64,000 nucleotides of DNA from an uncultured Desulfosarcina sp. (lineage in GTDB: Bacteria; Desulfobacterota; Desulfobacteria; Desulfobacterales; Desulfosarcinaceae). The stretch covers positions 1,824,001-1,888,000 of the forward strand of contig CAXXWQ010000003.1 in assembly GCA_963674945.2 (NCBI GenBank), written 5' to 3'. Shown here piece after piece: positions 30,501-40,079 of this stretch. The position numbers and the translations under genes are program-made. Within the stretch, counting starts at the first letter, position 1. Each line of letters opens with the position of its first letter. The notes below the pieces were generated by a model, which ran no database searches, had not been told where the DNA came from, and worked only from the letters and a program-made list of their open reading frames with translations.

Positions 30501-32002
30501 AGATCGCTTCCTTCCATGATCCGCCGCGCCGTCGCCATCAACTCCTCGATCCCGGCGATCAGTTGTTCCATGAAAATCGTCAGCAGTTCCGCATCCGTCT
30601 CCTTGTCAGCATCCAGGGACCCATCTTCGGCCGTCTCTTCTCCGGACGGTGTCGATTCTTCGGAAAGCGCCGTCACACGAGAAAGCAGATCGTCGATCTC
30701 GCTGCCCTCTTCGCCCGACGATTCGATCTCGGTCACCAACGCCTCCATACGGTCCCGGGCATCGATGAAAAGGTCCACGGCGATCTTGTCGCAGGATCGC
30801 GTGCCGCTTCGATACAGGTCCAACAGATTCTCCAGACGGTGGGACAAATCGGCGATTCGATCGAATCCTAAGTACTCGGAGGCACCCTTGATCGTGTGAA
30901 TCGAACGGAAACTGTCATTCAACAGATCCGGATCCGAAGGGTTCAAAGCCATCTGTAACAGCGAGCTTTCCAATGCGTCGAGATGCTCGCGCGTCTCTTG
31001 GGCAAAATCCGCTACCAGGGATGGGTCTGCTGCCGGAGGCATCGATGCCTCCGGTGAAGACGGTTCCGGTTGGGGCTCCTCGTCCAGGTCCAGGGATAAT
31101 TCCAACTCGGGTTCATCCTCTTCCTCCTGGCCAAGGCTGTCGTCCAGCACTTCCTCATCAAGGAGCAGACCTTCGTCAAGATCAGTTTCCGTGATCGTCT
31201 CTGTCGGGCTCGCCATGGACGAAACATCCATATCCGCAAGCGTCTGAAACTCGGGAAAAAGCGCCTGGATACGCCGGACGGATGGAACCAGGTGGGATTC
31301 AACGAACGATGCTGCCGCGTCGGCAACCGGATTTCCGGCGGGATCGCAAAGGGGCGACAGGGCCGCCGTAAGATCGTCGTAGATCCGGTTGATGGCATCG
31401 AATCCCATGTAGTTGGCCGTTGCGGACATCCGGTCCACCTGGTCGGCCAGCTTTCCCACCGCGGTCTCAAGATCGCTTCCTTCCATGATCCGCCGCGCCG
31501 TCGCCATCAACTCCTCGATCCCGGCGATCAGTTGTTCCATGAAAATCGTCAGCAGTTCCGCATCCGTCTCCTTGTCAGCATCCAGGGACCCATCTTCGGC
31601 CGTCTCTTCTCCGGACGGTGTCGGTTCTTCGGAAAGCGCATCCACACGTGAAAGCAGATCGTCGATCTCGCTGCCCTCTTCGCCCGACGATTCGATCTCG
31701 GTCAACAGCGCCTCCATACGGTCCCGGGCATCGATGAAAAGATCCACGGCGATCTTGTCATAGAATCGCGTGCCGCTTCGATACAGGTCCAGAATATTCT
31801 CCAGACGGTGTGACAACCTGGCGATTCGATCGAATCCCAGGTATTCGGAAGCACCCTTGATCGTGTGAATCGAACGGAAACTGTCATTCAACGGCTCCGG
31901 TTCCGAAGGGTTCAAAGCCATCTGTAACAAGGCGCTTTCCAATGCTTCAAGATGTTCGCGCGTCTCTTGTGCAAATTCCTCTATCAGAGATGGGTCTGTC
32001 AT
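27572..32002 (-). CDS. cheA: CheA histidine kinase with three tandem Hpt/pseudo-Hpt modules
   Basis: Three RSIHTIKGAS Hpt motifs, IRVDAEKIDSLMNQVGELV, HIIRNAVDHGIE, DDGKG, GFST..SGRGVGMDVV, C-terminal CheW-like domain; ATG 32002 after AAGGAG. Confidence 0.93.
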   Translation of the reverse strand: MTDPSLIEEFAQETREHLEALESALLQMALNPSEPEPLNDSFRSIHTIKGASEYLGFDRIARLSHRLENILDLYRSGTRFYDKIAVDLFIDARDRMEALLTEIESSGEEGSEIDDLLSRVDALSEEPTPSGEETAEDGSLDADKETDAELLTIFMEQLIAGIEELMATARRIMEGSDLETAVGKLADQVDRMSATANYMGFDAINRIYDDLTAALSPLCDPAGNPVADAAASFVESHLVPSVRRIQALFPEFQTLADMDVSSMASPTETITETDLDEGLLLDEEVLDDSLGQEEEDEPELELSLDLDEEPQPEPSSPEASMPPAADPSLVADFAQETREHLDALESSLLQMALNPSDPDLLNDSFRSIHTIKGASEYLGFDRIADLSHRLENLLDLYRSGTRSCDKIAVDLFIDARDRMEALVTEIESSGEEGSEIDDLLSRVTALSEESTPSGEETAEDGSLDADKETDAELLTIFMEQLIAGIEELMATARRIMEGSDLETAVGKLADQVDRMSATANYMGFDAINRIYDDLTAALSPLCDPAGNPVADAAASFVESHLVPSVRRIQALFPEFQTLADMDVSSMASPTETITETDLDEGLLLDEEVLDDSLGQEEEDEPELELSLDLDEEPQPEPSSPEASMPPAADPSLVADFAQETREHLDALESSLLQMALNPSDPDLLNDSFRSIHTIKGASEYLGFDRIADLSHRLENLLDLYRSGTRSCDKIAVDLFIDARDRMEALVTEIESSGEEGSEIDDLLSRVTALSEESTPSGEETAEDGSLDADKETDAELLTIFMEQLIAGIEALMATARRIMEGSDLETAVGKLADQVDRMSATANYMGFDAINRIYDDLTAALSPLCDPAGNPDADAAASFVESHLVPSVRRIQALFPEFQTLADMDVSSMASPTETIAEKDLDEDQLLDEEELDHSLHQEEDEHELELSPDPDEEPQQEPLSSESSTAPAADASLLSDFAQETREQLEETSDDFVELWPMAKPIPAVGRDDSAEEESVVAPSFDFSIPSTEEKVTGERSTLPPESTEAFKARKMIRKSIRVDAEKIDSLMNQVGELVVNRSSFSQIFHQMRDLIQYLNQRFDMDKADLRMVNSLAARINDATSVLGRVSGELQEQVMKVRMLPIAQLFNRYPRLIHDLVKDTDKKVQLQFQGEETELDRMVIEQLADPMIHIIRNAVDHGIETREERKRKGKPETGVLVLAAYQEGSNVVIDITDDGKGIDLSRVRQKAVERNLVDPATLADINQRELVDLIMLPGFSTASKITHTSGRGVGMDVVKRNIEKINGTMMIDTRQDVGTRIRITIPLTLAIIPALMVHCEGAHFTIPLSTVAETLHVDKGEIFFVDGSEVIHLHDEPLPLIRLTDILHMKTFSPVSDTGRLCVVVVNAATGRAGFIVNTLLGRQEVVVKPLDDYLQEKSGISGATILGDGGISLILNVDELVTMAKEWLTEKKISATVF
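29040..32002. repeat. 969-bp tandem repeat inside cheA (three modules plus a short fourth remnant)
   Basis: Matching ORF-track entries recur at a 969-nt offset (29475/30444/31413; 30004/30973). Sequence at x and x+969 looks identical from about 29580 to 30650, with scattered substitutions outside that span. Confidence 0.92.
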
Positions 32003-32065
32003 GGAGTACTCCTTCTTTCCATCGGACAGATGTCTATTCGCCACCCGATCCGATCGGTTCGGAGT

Positions 32066-32419
32066 TTACAACCGTTCGATCAAATCCAGTATCTCGGTTG
32101 TTTTATGTTTTTTAATGTATGCTTTTGCCCCGATCTGAGCTGCTTCTTGACCAAACCGGTTTTCATCCAAATTTGACAGCATGATGATGTTGGCGTCCAT
32201 GTCCAGCGATAGAATCGCCTTGGCCGCTGCAACACCATCGGTGCCGCGCATGGTAATATCCATGGTCACGATATCAGGGCTGAGTTCTTGGTATAAAGCG
32301 ATGGCGTCATCTCCGTTGTTGGCTTCTCCGATGACTGTATGGCCGGCGCCAATCAGCGTCTGCTTGATCATTTTGCGCATGATTGACGAATCGTCTACGA
32401 CCAGAATTCTCTTTCCCAT
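32066..32419 (-). CDS. cheY: CheY-like single-domain response regulator
   Basis: ILVVDDS, PDIVTMDITM, between cheW and cheA. Confidence 0.85.
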   Translation of the reverse strand: MGKRILVVDDSSIMRKMIKQTLIGAGHTVIGEANNGDDAIALYQELSPDIVTMDITMRGTDGVAAAKAILSLDMDANIIMLSNLDENRFGQEAAQIGAKAYIKKHKTTEILDLIERL

Positions 32420-32432
32420 TTACCTTTTCCTT

Positions 32433-32960
32433 TTATGCATGTACCGGTATCTTTGGTCGCTTCATGGCCTTTAATTTCTTGATCTCTTCAACCATGAGGA
32501 TTCTGTTAAAATCGAGAAGTATCAAAAGCCGTTTGTCCAGTTTGCAAACTCCTCGCACATACTGACTCTTAAGGCCGGCCACGACAATATCCGGTGGCGG
32601 CTTGATACTTTCCACCGGCACATTCAGGATCTTGGTCACACGATCAACGATGAATCCGGTCACCCTTTCTTCGACGACGAGAACGATGACCCAGTAATTG
32701 GGATTCAGCTTTTCATCTTTCACCAGGTTCAACCGCTTTCGAAGATCGATTACCGGAATGATGTTGCCGCGCAGATTGATCACGCCCTCGATGAATTCGG
32801 GTGTGTTTGGAATCGGTGTAACAGTTGTGGTTCGAAGAATCTCCTGGACACTGAGTATATCAACACCGATAAGTTCTTCTCCGATCGCAATACCAACCAG
32901 TTGCATAAACTGATCACGATTGCTTCGGTCGGCATCCATTTTTCCGTATGAATCATCCAT
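32433..32960 (-). CDS. cheW: CheW adaptor
   Basis: VQEILR, IPNTPEFIEGVINLRGNIIPVIDLRKRL, GFIVDRV; ATG 32960 after AAGGAG. Confidence 0.92.
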   Translation of the reverse strand: MDDSYGKMDADRSNRDQFMQLVGIAIGEELIGVDILSVQEILRTTTVTPIPNTPEFIEGVINLRGNIIPVIDLRKRLNLVKDEKLNPNYWVIVLVVEERVTGFIVDRVTKILNVPVESIKPPPDIVVAGLKSQYVRGVCKLDKRLLILLDFNRILMVEEIKKLKAMKRPKIPVHA

Positions 32961-33088
32961 GTTTCTTATCTCCTTGATCGAAAGGAACGCAACGTTCGGT
33001 CTTTGCGGGAAGACTGCCGACGGAGGGAGGCAAGAGCACCCCGTCTCCCTTCCGTTTATCGGCAACTTGTTGTTTCAACAACGCAGTC

Positions 33089-35713
33089 TCACGCATCGAC
33101 CTGCTGGGATGATTGTTGGAAACCCATATCTTCCTCGATTTTAAACTGGGCAACCTGCTTTGTCAGCTCGTTGGAGAGACTCCGTAATTTTTCGGTGGTT
33201 CCCACGACGACGCCGGCACCCTCCATGGTCTGGGTGGCGGCCAAGGAGGATTCGTCCGTGATTTCCATGAGTTTGGCAGATCGTTTCGCCTGATCGCCGG
33301 TCATCTTTTTCATTTGCTGCGTACGTTTCACAACGCTCTGCATCTGACCACCAATATCGGTCATGCCCTGGTTGGCATCGGTGATCAGCTTGGAGATGGC
33401 ATTGGATTTTTCCACCAGCGCGGCCAGCGCGGACTGGGCGGCGGACCGCCGTTCGCCCTGTTGTCCGGCCATTTCGGCGATCTGGCTTGCCAGTTCATTG
33501 AGGTCTTTCATCAATTGGTCTACCTCCTAGGTCCCGGCGGCGATGTTCTCTGCTTTTTGAGCGATCTCCTGGATGGCCTTCAGGTTGGCGCCACCACCGG
33601 AGGCAATCTTCTCCAGCACCTCACGAGAACGATTGGATAGCTGGGTACCCTCCGTTACACGAGAAGAAGAATCCTTGATCAGCTGTGTAATTTCCTTGGC
33701 CGCTTCGGAGGAACGTTGGGCCAGTTTTCCCACTTCATCGGCGACCACGGCAAAGCCTTTTCCGTGAACCCCGGCGCGCGCGGCCTCGATGGCGGCGTTC
33801 AGGGACAACAGGTTGGTCTGTTCGGCAATATCGGTAATAACGGTGATGATTTCGGATATTTGCTCAGAAGATTCGGCAATTGCCTTCATACCTTCAACCG
33901 TCGCGCCGACCGATTCGGTACCTTCCTCGACCGCCCGAAGCGCATCGTTGGCAAAGTCCATTGCACTGGTCGTGGCGTTCGACAGTTCTTTCACCGCCAG
34001 ACCCATCCGGCTCACCGCCTGGGTAACGGCGACCACCTGGGCTCCCTGGCGTTGGGCATTTTGCACGACCTTGGCCCCCGTGTCACCCATGGCCTGCACA
34101 CGCCCGGTGGCTGCGTTGGCCTCTTCCACCTGGCTACCGGAGGCTGCGGAGACGGTCTTCATGCCCTCCAACAGACGGACAACGTTTCCACTGGAATGCT
34201 CGGCCGCCTCTCTCTGGGCCTCTGATGCACCGGAAACTTCGGCGGCCGTTTTTCGCATATCCTTCACGGTTTGGGTCATGAACTTCATCTGCTGCACCTG
34301 ATTCTCGGCACGCTCCCTGTTGGCCGTTGCCCGCTGGGCCACGTCGCCGGCATGGCTCTGCACTTCTCTTGCGGCGCCGGTAACCACTCGAAAGGACTCC
34401 CTGAGCAGTTTCATCATGCGGTTGAATTCGGAGGCCATGACACCCACCTCGTCTTTACCTTCGACGGGCACCTGGACCGTCAGATCCCGATCCCTGGCAA
34501 CTTTGTTAACGGCCTGGACGATGTTGAGGACGGGGCCTGCAATGGCCCTGGCCACAACGATTCCCAAGAAGCCGAAAAGGATAATGGCGCCGAAGGTTAT
34601 ACCAAACTCGAAAACCAGGCTGCGCTGGGCCAGATCCTCAATCCGGTTGGCGGCATCCAAAAACTCATCTTCGTACGATCCGGCACCGATGACCCAGTCC
34701 CAAGGCTCGAAATACATGATTCGGGCAACCTTCATTCTCGGTTCGGGTTCTCCGGGGTTCTGCCAGGTGTAACGGGTCTGGCCGACGCCGCCTTTGTCGA
34801 GGGCCAGCGCTTGTGCAACGATATCTTGAACAAACAGATTGCCATCACTATCTTTTGACTGGGATATATCCTGCCCGTCACGTTTTCCCTTTTCGGAAAT
34901 CACATAGTGTCCCTGGCTGTCCAATACGAAAAGATAGCCGGTTTTACCGATTTTGATGTTGTAAATCGCCTGCCGGAGGCTTTTTACACTTTCCTGGGGA
35001 ATTCCCACGGAGAGCATGCCCGTGACATTTTTATTTGCATCGTAAATGGGCTCATATACGGTCAGATACCATCGGTCCACGACGAAGGCGCGCCCTTGAT
35101 ACGTCTTGCCGGAAAATACACTGGTCAGAACCGGATTCTCCTTTCCGTCGAGATTAAACCGCGGGATATAGGTTCCCAACGCCCGTGCGCCATCGGCTTC
35201 GACCACGTTGGTGGCGGCACGGATCATGTCACCCTTTTCATTCATTCGTTGGAAAATCGTACAGGAGACATCTTCCGCGAGATTTCCGATCTGATCGACC
35301 ACGGGCACGGGTGTGGCGGTGTCGCGTACCTGCCCGAACGGGGAAGCTCCCACCATCATCTTCGGAAGCCTCACCGACCGACTCTCTTTGGTGATCTGGT
35401 TCACTGCATCCCAGGCGACCGTGTCCTTCGCAAATGAGATCCCCCCCAGATCCGAAGTCATTTTGCGAACGACGTTAAGGTAGTTTCTCAACGATTTGGT
35501 CAGCACATCGTTCTGTGTCTGACACATTCGGTATACGCCGTCCGCGATGTGATCCAGGTCTGTCGTGGCCAGTTTGATACTTTCCTCAGTGGAAACATTC
35601 CGCATTTTAGTATTCTCATAAGATGAGAAGATGGAGACAATCAATACCGGCACCATCGTTGCCGATACTGCAAGCAAAATGATTTTCGTCCTGAGCTTAA
35701 GATCTTTAAACAT
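33089..35713 (-). pseudogene. Methyl-accepting chemotaxis protein (Cache-type sensor, HAMP, MCP signal) interrupted by an in-frame TAG at 33527-33529
   Basis: ORFs 33527-35713 and 33089-33514 are in one frame: ..GGG ACC TAG GAG GTA GAC CAA TTG ATG.. The signalling tip [26 protein letters not shown] lies before the stop and the return helix continues after it. Confidence 0.75.
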
Positions 35714-35815
35714 AATGGATTCTCCCTGGTTGATGTATGATTCTAAATCTTTGTTTTGTCATCCATATGAATTTGCGATGCTTTTCTTCGTTGTTTTGAA
35801 AGGAAAACGTCATTA

Positions 35816-37042
35816 TCAAGCGCCGGCCAGACAATGGGAACGAACCGTCTCTGCCATATCGCGCCCGGGCAGGAAAATGGGTAACCCGTATCGTTGGACG
35901 GCCGCCGCCGTCGTATCCTTGCACAGGCATGTCTTCGGATCCTGGACGATGGCGTTTCCGCCACCATCCAGGATGCGTCCGACACCGGCGACACCATCGT
36001 CTCCGATACCGGATAATAAAATTGCAGAGGCCTGGGCCCGCAATGCTTCTGATAATGAAGTCATCAGGTGGTCGGAGGCCTGTTTTGGATCCGTTCCGTT
36101 TCTTTCTTTCAGCCGGAAGGACAGGACGTCGGAATCTTTGGTTAAGGCAATCTCTTCGAAGGCCGAGGCCAGGTAACAATGGCCGGCAGCAAGGGGCATG
36201 CCGTCCTGTGCACGGCAAACCGTCAGCCGGCTATACTGCCCCAGATACCGGGAAAAGGCGTCGACATGGGAGGGTGTCGCATACAATACAGAAACGAAGG
36301 CGGCCGGAAGATCAGGGTCGATTACCGGGATCAGACCCAGAAGAGCGCCGTAGCTACCGTACGTGCTTCCGATGGCGAAAACCCGTCGACACACCCTGTT
36401 GTCATCGGTTATCTTGCCATCGTTCACCTTTGCCGGTCGCAGATATCGGATGGTATCGATACCTGCACGGGCAGCATTCTTCACGCGGCTGATGATCAGT
36501 TCGTGTTGACTCTTCAGATCTTCTTTTTGCAGCCTGGAGGGTTTCTGTAGAAAATCGACGGCACCGTACCGCAGTGCCTCGAAGGTCTCTGTGGCACCCT
36601 GCCCCGTGAGCGTGCTGAACATGACCACCGGTGTGGGACACTTTACCATGATGTGTTTGATGGCGGTCAGGCCGTCCATCACCGGCATGTTCACATCCAG
36701 TGTCACCACATCCGGTCGCAGGGCCGGAATCAATTCCAGCGCCTTCTTGCCGTTTTCGGCCTCGCCGACCACTTGCAGTTGCTCGTCACCGGCGAACAGT
36801 TCTTTGATCATTCTTCGCAATAGGGTCGAATCATCGACGATCAGGACGGTAATGGGACGCCTCTGATCGGACGCTGACGCCAGGATGTGCGAGAAGGTAT
36901 TGATACGCCCATTATCCGTTGTGGGCTTGGAAATCATCAGCACTTCACTGCATTGACAGCACTCGAATGAGTGCATCTGAACATCGATATTCTCTACATT
37001 CAGTTCGTTTCTGGCACCACACTCCTCACAAAAAATGACCAT
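35816..37042 (-). CDS. Zn-ribbon + receiver + degenerate CheB-like protein
   Basis: N-terminal CEECG...CCQC; REC with DVNMPVMDG; CheB-like domain with GSTYGS, VLYATP and LSGIGDDG. Confidence 0.8.
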   Translation of the reverse strand: MVIFCEECGARNELNVENIDVQMHSFECCQCSEVLMISKPTTDNGRINTFSHILASASDQRRPITVLIVDDSTLLRRMIKELFAGDEQLQVVGEAENGKKALELIPALRPDVVTLDVNMPVMDGLTAIKHIMVKCPTPVVMFSTLTGQGATETFEALRYGAVDFLQKPSRLQKEDLKSQHELIISRVKNAARAGIDTIRYLRPAKVNDGKITDDNRVCRRVFAIGSTYGSYGALLGLIPVIDPDLPAAFVSVLYATPSHVDAFSRYLGQYSRLTVCRAQDGMPLAAGHCYLASAFEEIALTKDSDVLSFRLKERNGTDPKQASDHLMTSLSEALRAQASAILLSGIGDDGVAGVGRILDGGGNAIVQDPKTCLCKDTTAAAVQRYGLPIFLPGRDMAETVRSHCLAGA

Positions 37043-37103
37043 ATTCCCTTCTCCGGTGGAAAGCTACAGCAATTTCAAGAAACAGTTGATGTTTTGTGGC
37101 TAA

Positions 37104-39012
37104 GGGCTCGCGCAAAAATAAATTCACATTTTCATGGTGAGATCGAATAGTTCCAATTTGGCCGTTGAGTATATCGTCTCAAGTTTATTTGATGCATTTG
37201 TTGGTCGGAGACCTTTTTACCTTTACGGTAATTCTTGTTGTTAAGAAAAACGCGGATTTTCAACCCTGTCGCGGTTTTGGTCGAACGAATGAATTTCAAC
37301 ACAGTTTCGTAATCAAGCAAGGGTTGTGCTGCCCAGTTGTTGCTAATGAAAGAAAACATACGGTGTTCGATGGGATTCCACTTGGAGGAACCGGGTGGAT
37401 AATGACATACTTTGACCTTCAGGCCGAAGCGGCTGCAAAGACGGATCTGCAGCTGCTGTTTCCAAAGCCGGATTCTGTAGCCATTGCTTCCACCACAATC
37501 GGCCAGAATGAGCAGACGATCGGCATCAGGATAGTGGCGAGAACCAACTTTTTGCCACCATGTACGGATAGAATCTACGGCAAACTCGGAAGTATCGCGA
37601 CTGGTGCCAACACATACAAAGCCCTTGTTTTGAATAATGTCATAGATACCGTATGGGATCGCAACACCATTGGCGTCAGAGGGGAAATCATGATCCAAGA
37701 CTTTTATCGGTGCTTGGCTCCATCGACGCCCGGCCTGATGGAACGGTCCTATTAGTTCTCGGCTTTTGGTATCAACACTGATCACGGGCATTCCGTCGGC
37801 TTTATAGCAGCGTATCTGGCTGCGAAGATAGCGAAACTGTAAATCACGCTGGTGGGGATCGGGTGGTTTACTCTGCCCGGATTCAAGACATTTAAGATTC
37901 AAGCGTAGGGAATAGTTCATTTGCTTTAACAATCTACCCACTGTTTTGGCCGATACCCGGATGCCGGCACGTTTCAATTGTTGGGCGATTTTTCCTGTGG
38001 TCTTGCGTGTCCACTTACACCCACTTACCGGATCACCAGCGGTCTCGTGCTCCATGATGACGGCGATGGCGTCTATGATTTCGGGCGTTTTTTTTCTTGC
38101 AGAAGGCGCCCGCCTCCTGCTGCCCGAACTTTTTGGGTACTCAAATCGCCGCTGATCAGTTCTTGTCGACCACGTGCTACGGTATGAGGATCCATGCCAA
38201 GCAGCGATGCGATGTAGGCGTCACCGCCGTGGCCCAACTTTAACGATTCAAGCCCGGCGTATAGCCGGCGTTGGCGTTCATCGAGCATACTGCAAAAAAG
38301 AACAATTATGGCCTTGGCCTCTTCTGCGGCCAAGTCGGGATTGGTTACGATAACAGAAGCCAAGGACTTTTTTAAACGGGATTTGCGAACTTTCTCCTGT
38401 CTGCGAGCAACAACGTTTTCAGGAGACAGATAAATGTAGACAGCCTCGAATTTTTTACGCTGAAGCCGGTTGTCGCGTACCAGTTGGGTCAACGCATGTT
38501 TGGTCTTGACGTGCAAAATATCTTTTAGTTCGGCGGCGCTGTACCCCGCCTCTGATCGGGCAACAAGGGTCTCGGCTGTTTGAAGCAAATTACCGAAACG
38601 TGAAAACCAAACATATTTGCAAGACCAAAGGCCAAGTTTAGAAAATCGCGCAATGCATAAAAGAGTATAAAATTTACCTCGATGCGAATAACTGCTCAGA
38701 TACTTCAGCTGCGCCAATTTTCGAAACAGCGTTGCTCGAGCCGGATTTCCAAGCGCCTCTTGAAGTTGATTAAAAGTGGCGATTTTGTGAACACCAAAGA
38801 AATCCTTTATGTCTTGGAGATGGTATTTTGTCTTATTCATAATGATACAATTAGCCCTACAGGTCGATTCTGTCAAGGCCAATGATCTCATTATGAGCAA
38901 CAGGACAATATATTGCTATTTAGCCAATTATACGGATTTGTTGCAAACAACCATAGGATAGTTAATGAGACTATTAGCCTCATAATATGTTAAATTATTT
39001 TTGCGCGAGCCC
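37104..39012 (-). mobile_element. ISAzo13-family insertion sequence, 1909 bp
   Basis: Perfect 18-bp terminal inverted repeats GGGCTCGCGCAAAAATAA (37104-37121 and 38995-39012), flanked by a TAA target duplication (37101-37103 and 39013-39015). Confidence 0.92.
37132..38840 (-). CDS. ISAzo13-family (Rhodopirellula-type DDE) transposase, orfA/orfB joined by a -1 frameshift
   Basis: orfA LDERQRRLYAGLESLKLGHGG..GGGR; orfB TAGDP, ISVDTK, DHDF, ADCGGSNG, HYPPGSSKWNPIEHR; A8 run at 38088-38095 joins EKK to TPEIID. Confidence 0.88.
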
Positions 39013-39017
39013 TAAGT

Positions 39018-39044
39018 ATATCGGTCTGTGCAAAATAAACTTAA
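39018..39044 (-). promoter_or_regulatory. Sigma-28 (FliA)-type promoter, probably the original promoter of the chemosensory operon
   Basis: TTAAGTTT-N11-ACCGATAT versus consensus TAAAGTTT-N11-GCCGATAA; lies 5 nt outside the IS end. Confidence 0.7.
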
Positions 39045-39283
39045 AGAAAATTAGCCGGTAAACCAAATTCAGTTGCTGATACAAATTCGGCTTGTGAGAA
39101 TGATGTTTTATTGCGGAGTGGTAATGGTTTGGTGACGGTTCTTCGGATGTGAAGAGAATGGATACGGAATCGGTCGAACAGGGATTGTCAAGCCATACAG
39201 CGGTGATCCGACAAGGAAGCGGCAAACAGACGATTCGGATCGTCAGGACGAATGTGTCTTTGAGAGTAAGGCCTTCTTTCGAA

Positions 39284-39634
39284 TCACGTTGTCTTATCTT
39301 TGGACGACCGGTAGATGCGTACCCTGGCCTTTTCCACGGTGACGATCCCCTCGGCAATGACGGGATCGATGGTCTGGATAAACGTTTCGATTTTCTCGGG
39401 AGTGTCGATGATTTCCACAATCACGGGCAAGTCCTGAGACAGTCGTAAGATCTTGGTTGTATGAATCAAGCTGTTGGCGCCGAATCCTTGAATCCCCCGA
39501 ATCACGGTGGCGCCGGCCATTTTCTCGGCCCTGGCCGTTCGAACGATCCATTCGTAGAGCGGAATGCGTCCGTGCCGGCTCGATTCTCCGATGAAGATAC
39601 GCAGCAACAGCCCTGCTTCCTTAAATACGATCAT
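39284..39634 (-). CDS. DUF190 (PII-like) protein
   Basis: LLRIFIGES, PLYEWIV, AGATVIRGIQGFG, LSQDLPVIVEIID; ATG 39634 after GAGGAGG; the usual crcB partner. Confidence 0.9.
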   Translation of the reverse strand: MIVFKEAGLLLRIFIGESSRHGRIPLYEWIVRTARAEKMAGATVIRGIQGFGANSLIHTTKILRLSQDLPVIVEIIDTPEKIETFIQTIDPVIAEGIVTVEKARVRIYRSSKDKTT

Positions 39635-39698
39635 ACAAGCACCTCCTCGGCGCCCTCTGCGGTTCAACCGATGTTCTTCGCCTTGCAATACGTTTCGC

Positions 39699-40079
39699 TC
39701 ACAGTAATCGGGATAGCATGTGGCCGGCCAAGACGGCACTGAATCCAATGAACAGACTGCCCCCCACATTTCCCATGGCGGTCAGCCATTGCCCCGCTTT
39801 GACAAGGTTGAAGGTCTCCAGGCCGAAGGTGGAAAAAGTCGTGAAACTGCCCAAAATTCCCACGAATAAAAAAGCTCTCAGTTCCGCCGAAAAAAGCTGG
39901 TGGCTCTCCATAAGCCCGCCACCGAATCCGATGAGCCAACAACCGATGACATTTACCGTCATTGTACCGATGGGAAAAGATTCGAATCGGGTAAGGGAGT
40001 GCACACCACCTGCAACCAGATATCGCAAGATCGCTCCCAAAAAACCACCAAAGCCGACATAAACGATATTCGGCATCAT
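39699..40079 (-). CDS. crcB: Fluoride channel Fluc/CrcB
   Basis: GGFLGAILRY, FPIGTMTVNVIG, GILGSFTTFSTF. Confidence 0.95.
   Translation of the reverse strand: MMPNIVYVGFGGFLGAILRYLVAGGVHSLTRFESFPIGTMTVNVIGCWLIGFGGGLMESHQLFSAELRAFLFVGILGSFTTFSTFGLETFNLVKAGQWLTAMGNVGGSLFIGFSAVLAGHMLSRLL

Noticed and set aside
29040..32002. CRISPR or mobile-element explanation for the long repeats
   Set aside because: The repeats are 969-bp, in-frame coding modules of cheA. No short repeat-spacer array or cas genes occur anywhere in the window.
38995..39448. ORFs 38995-39420 (-) and 39149-39448 (+)
   Set aside because: They overlap the DUF190 gene, the promoter and the IS end; no protein-like features.
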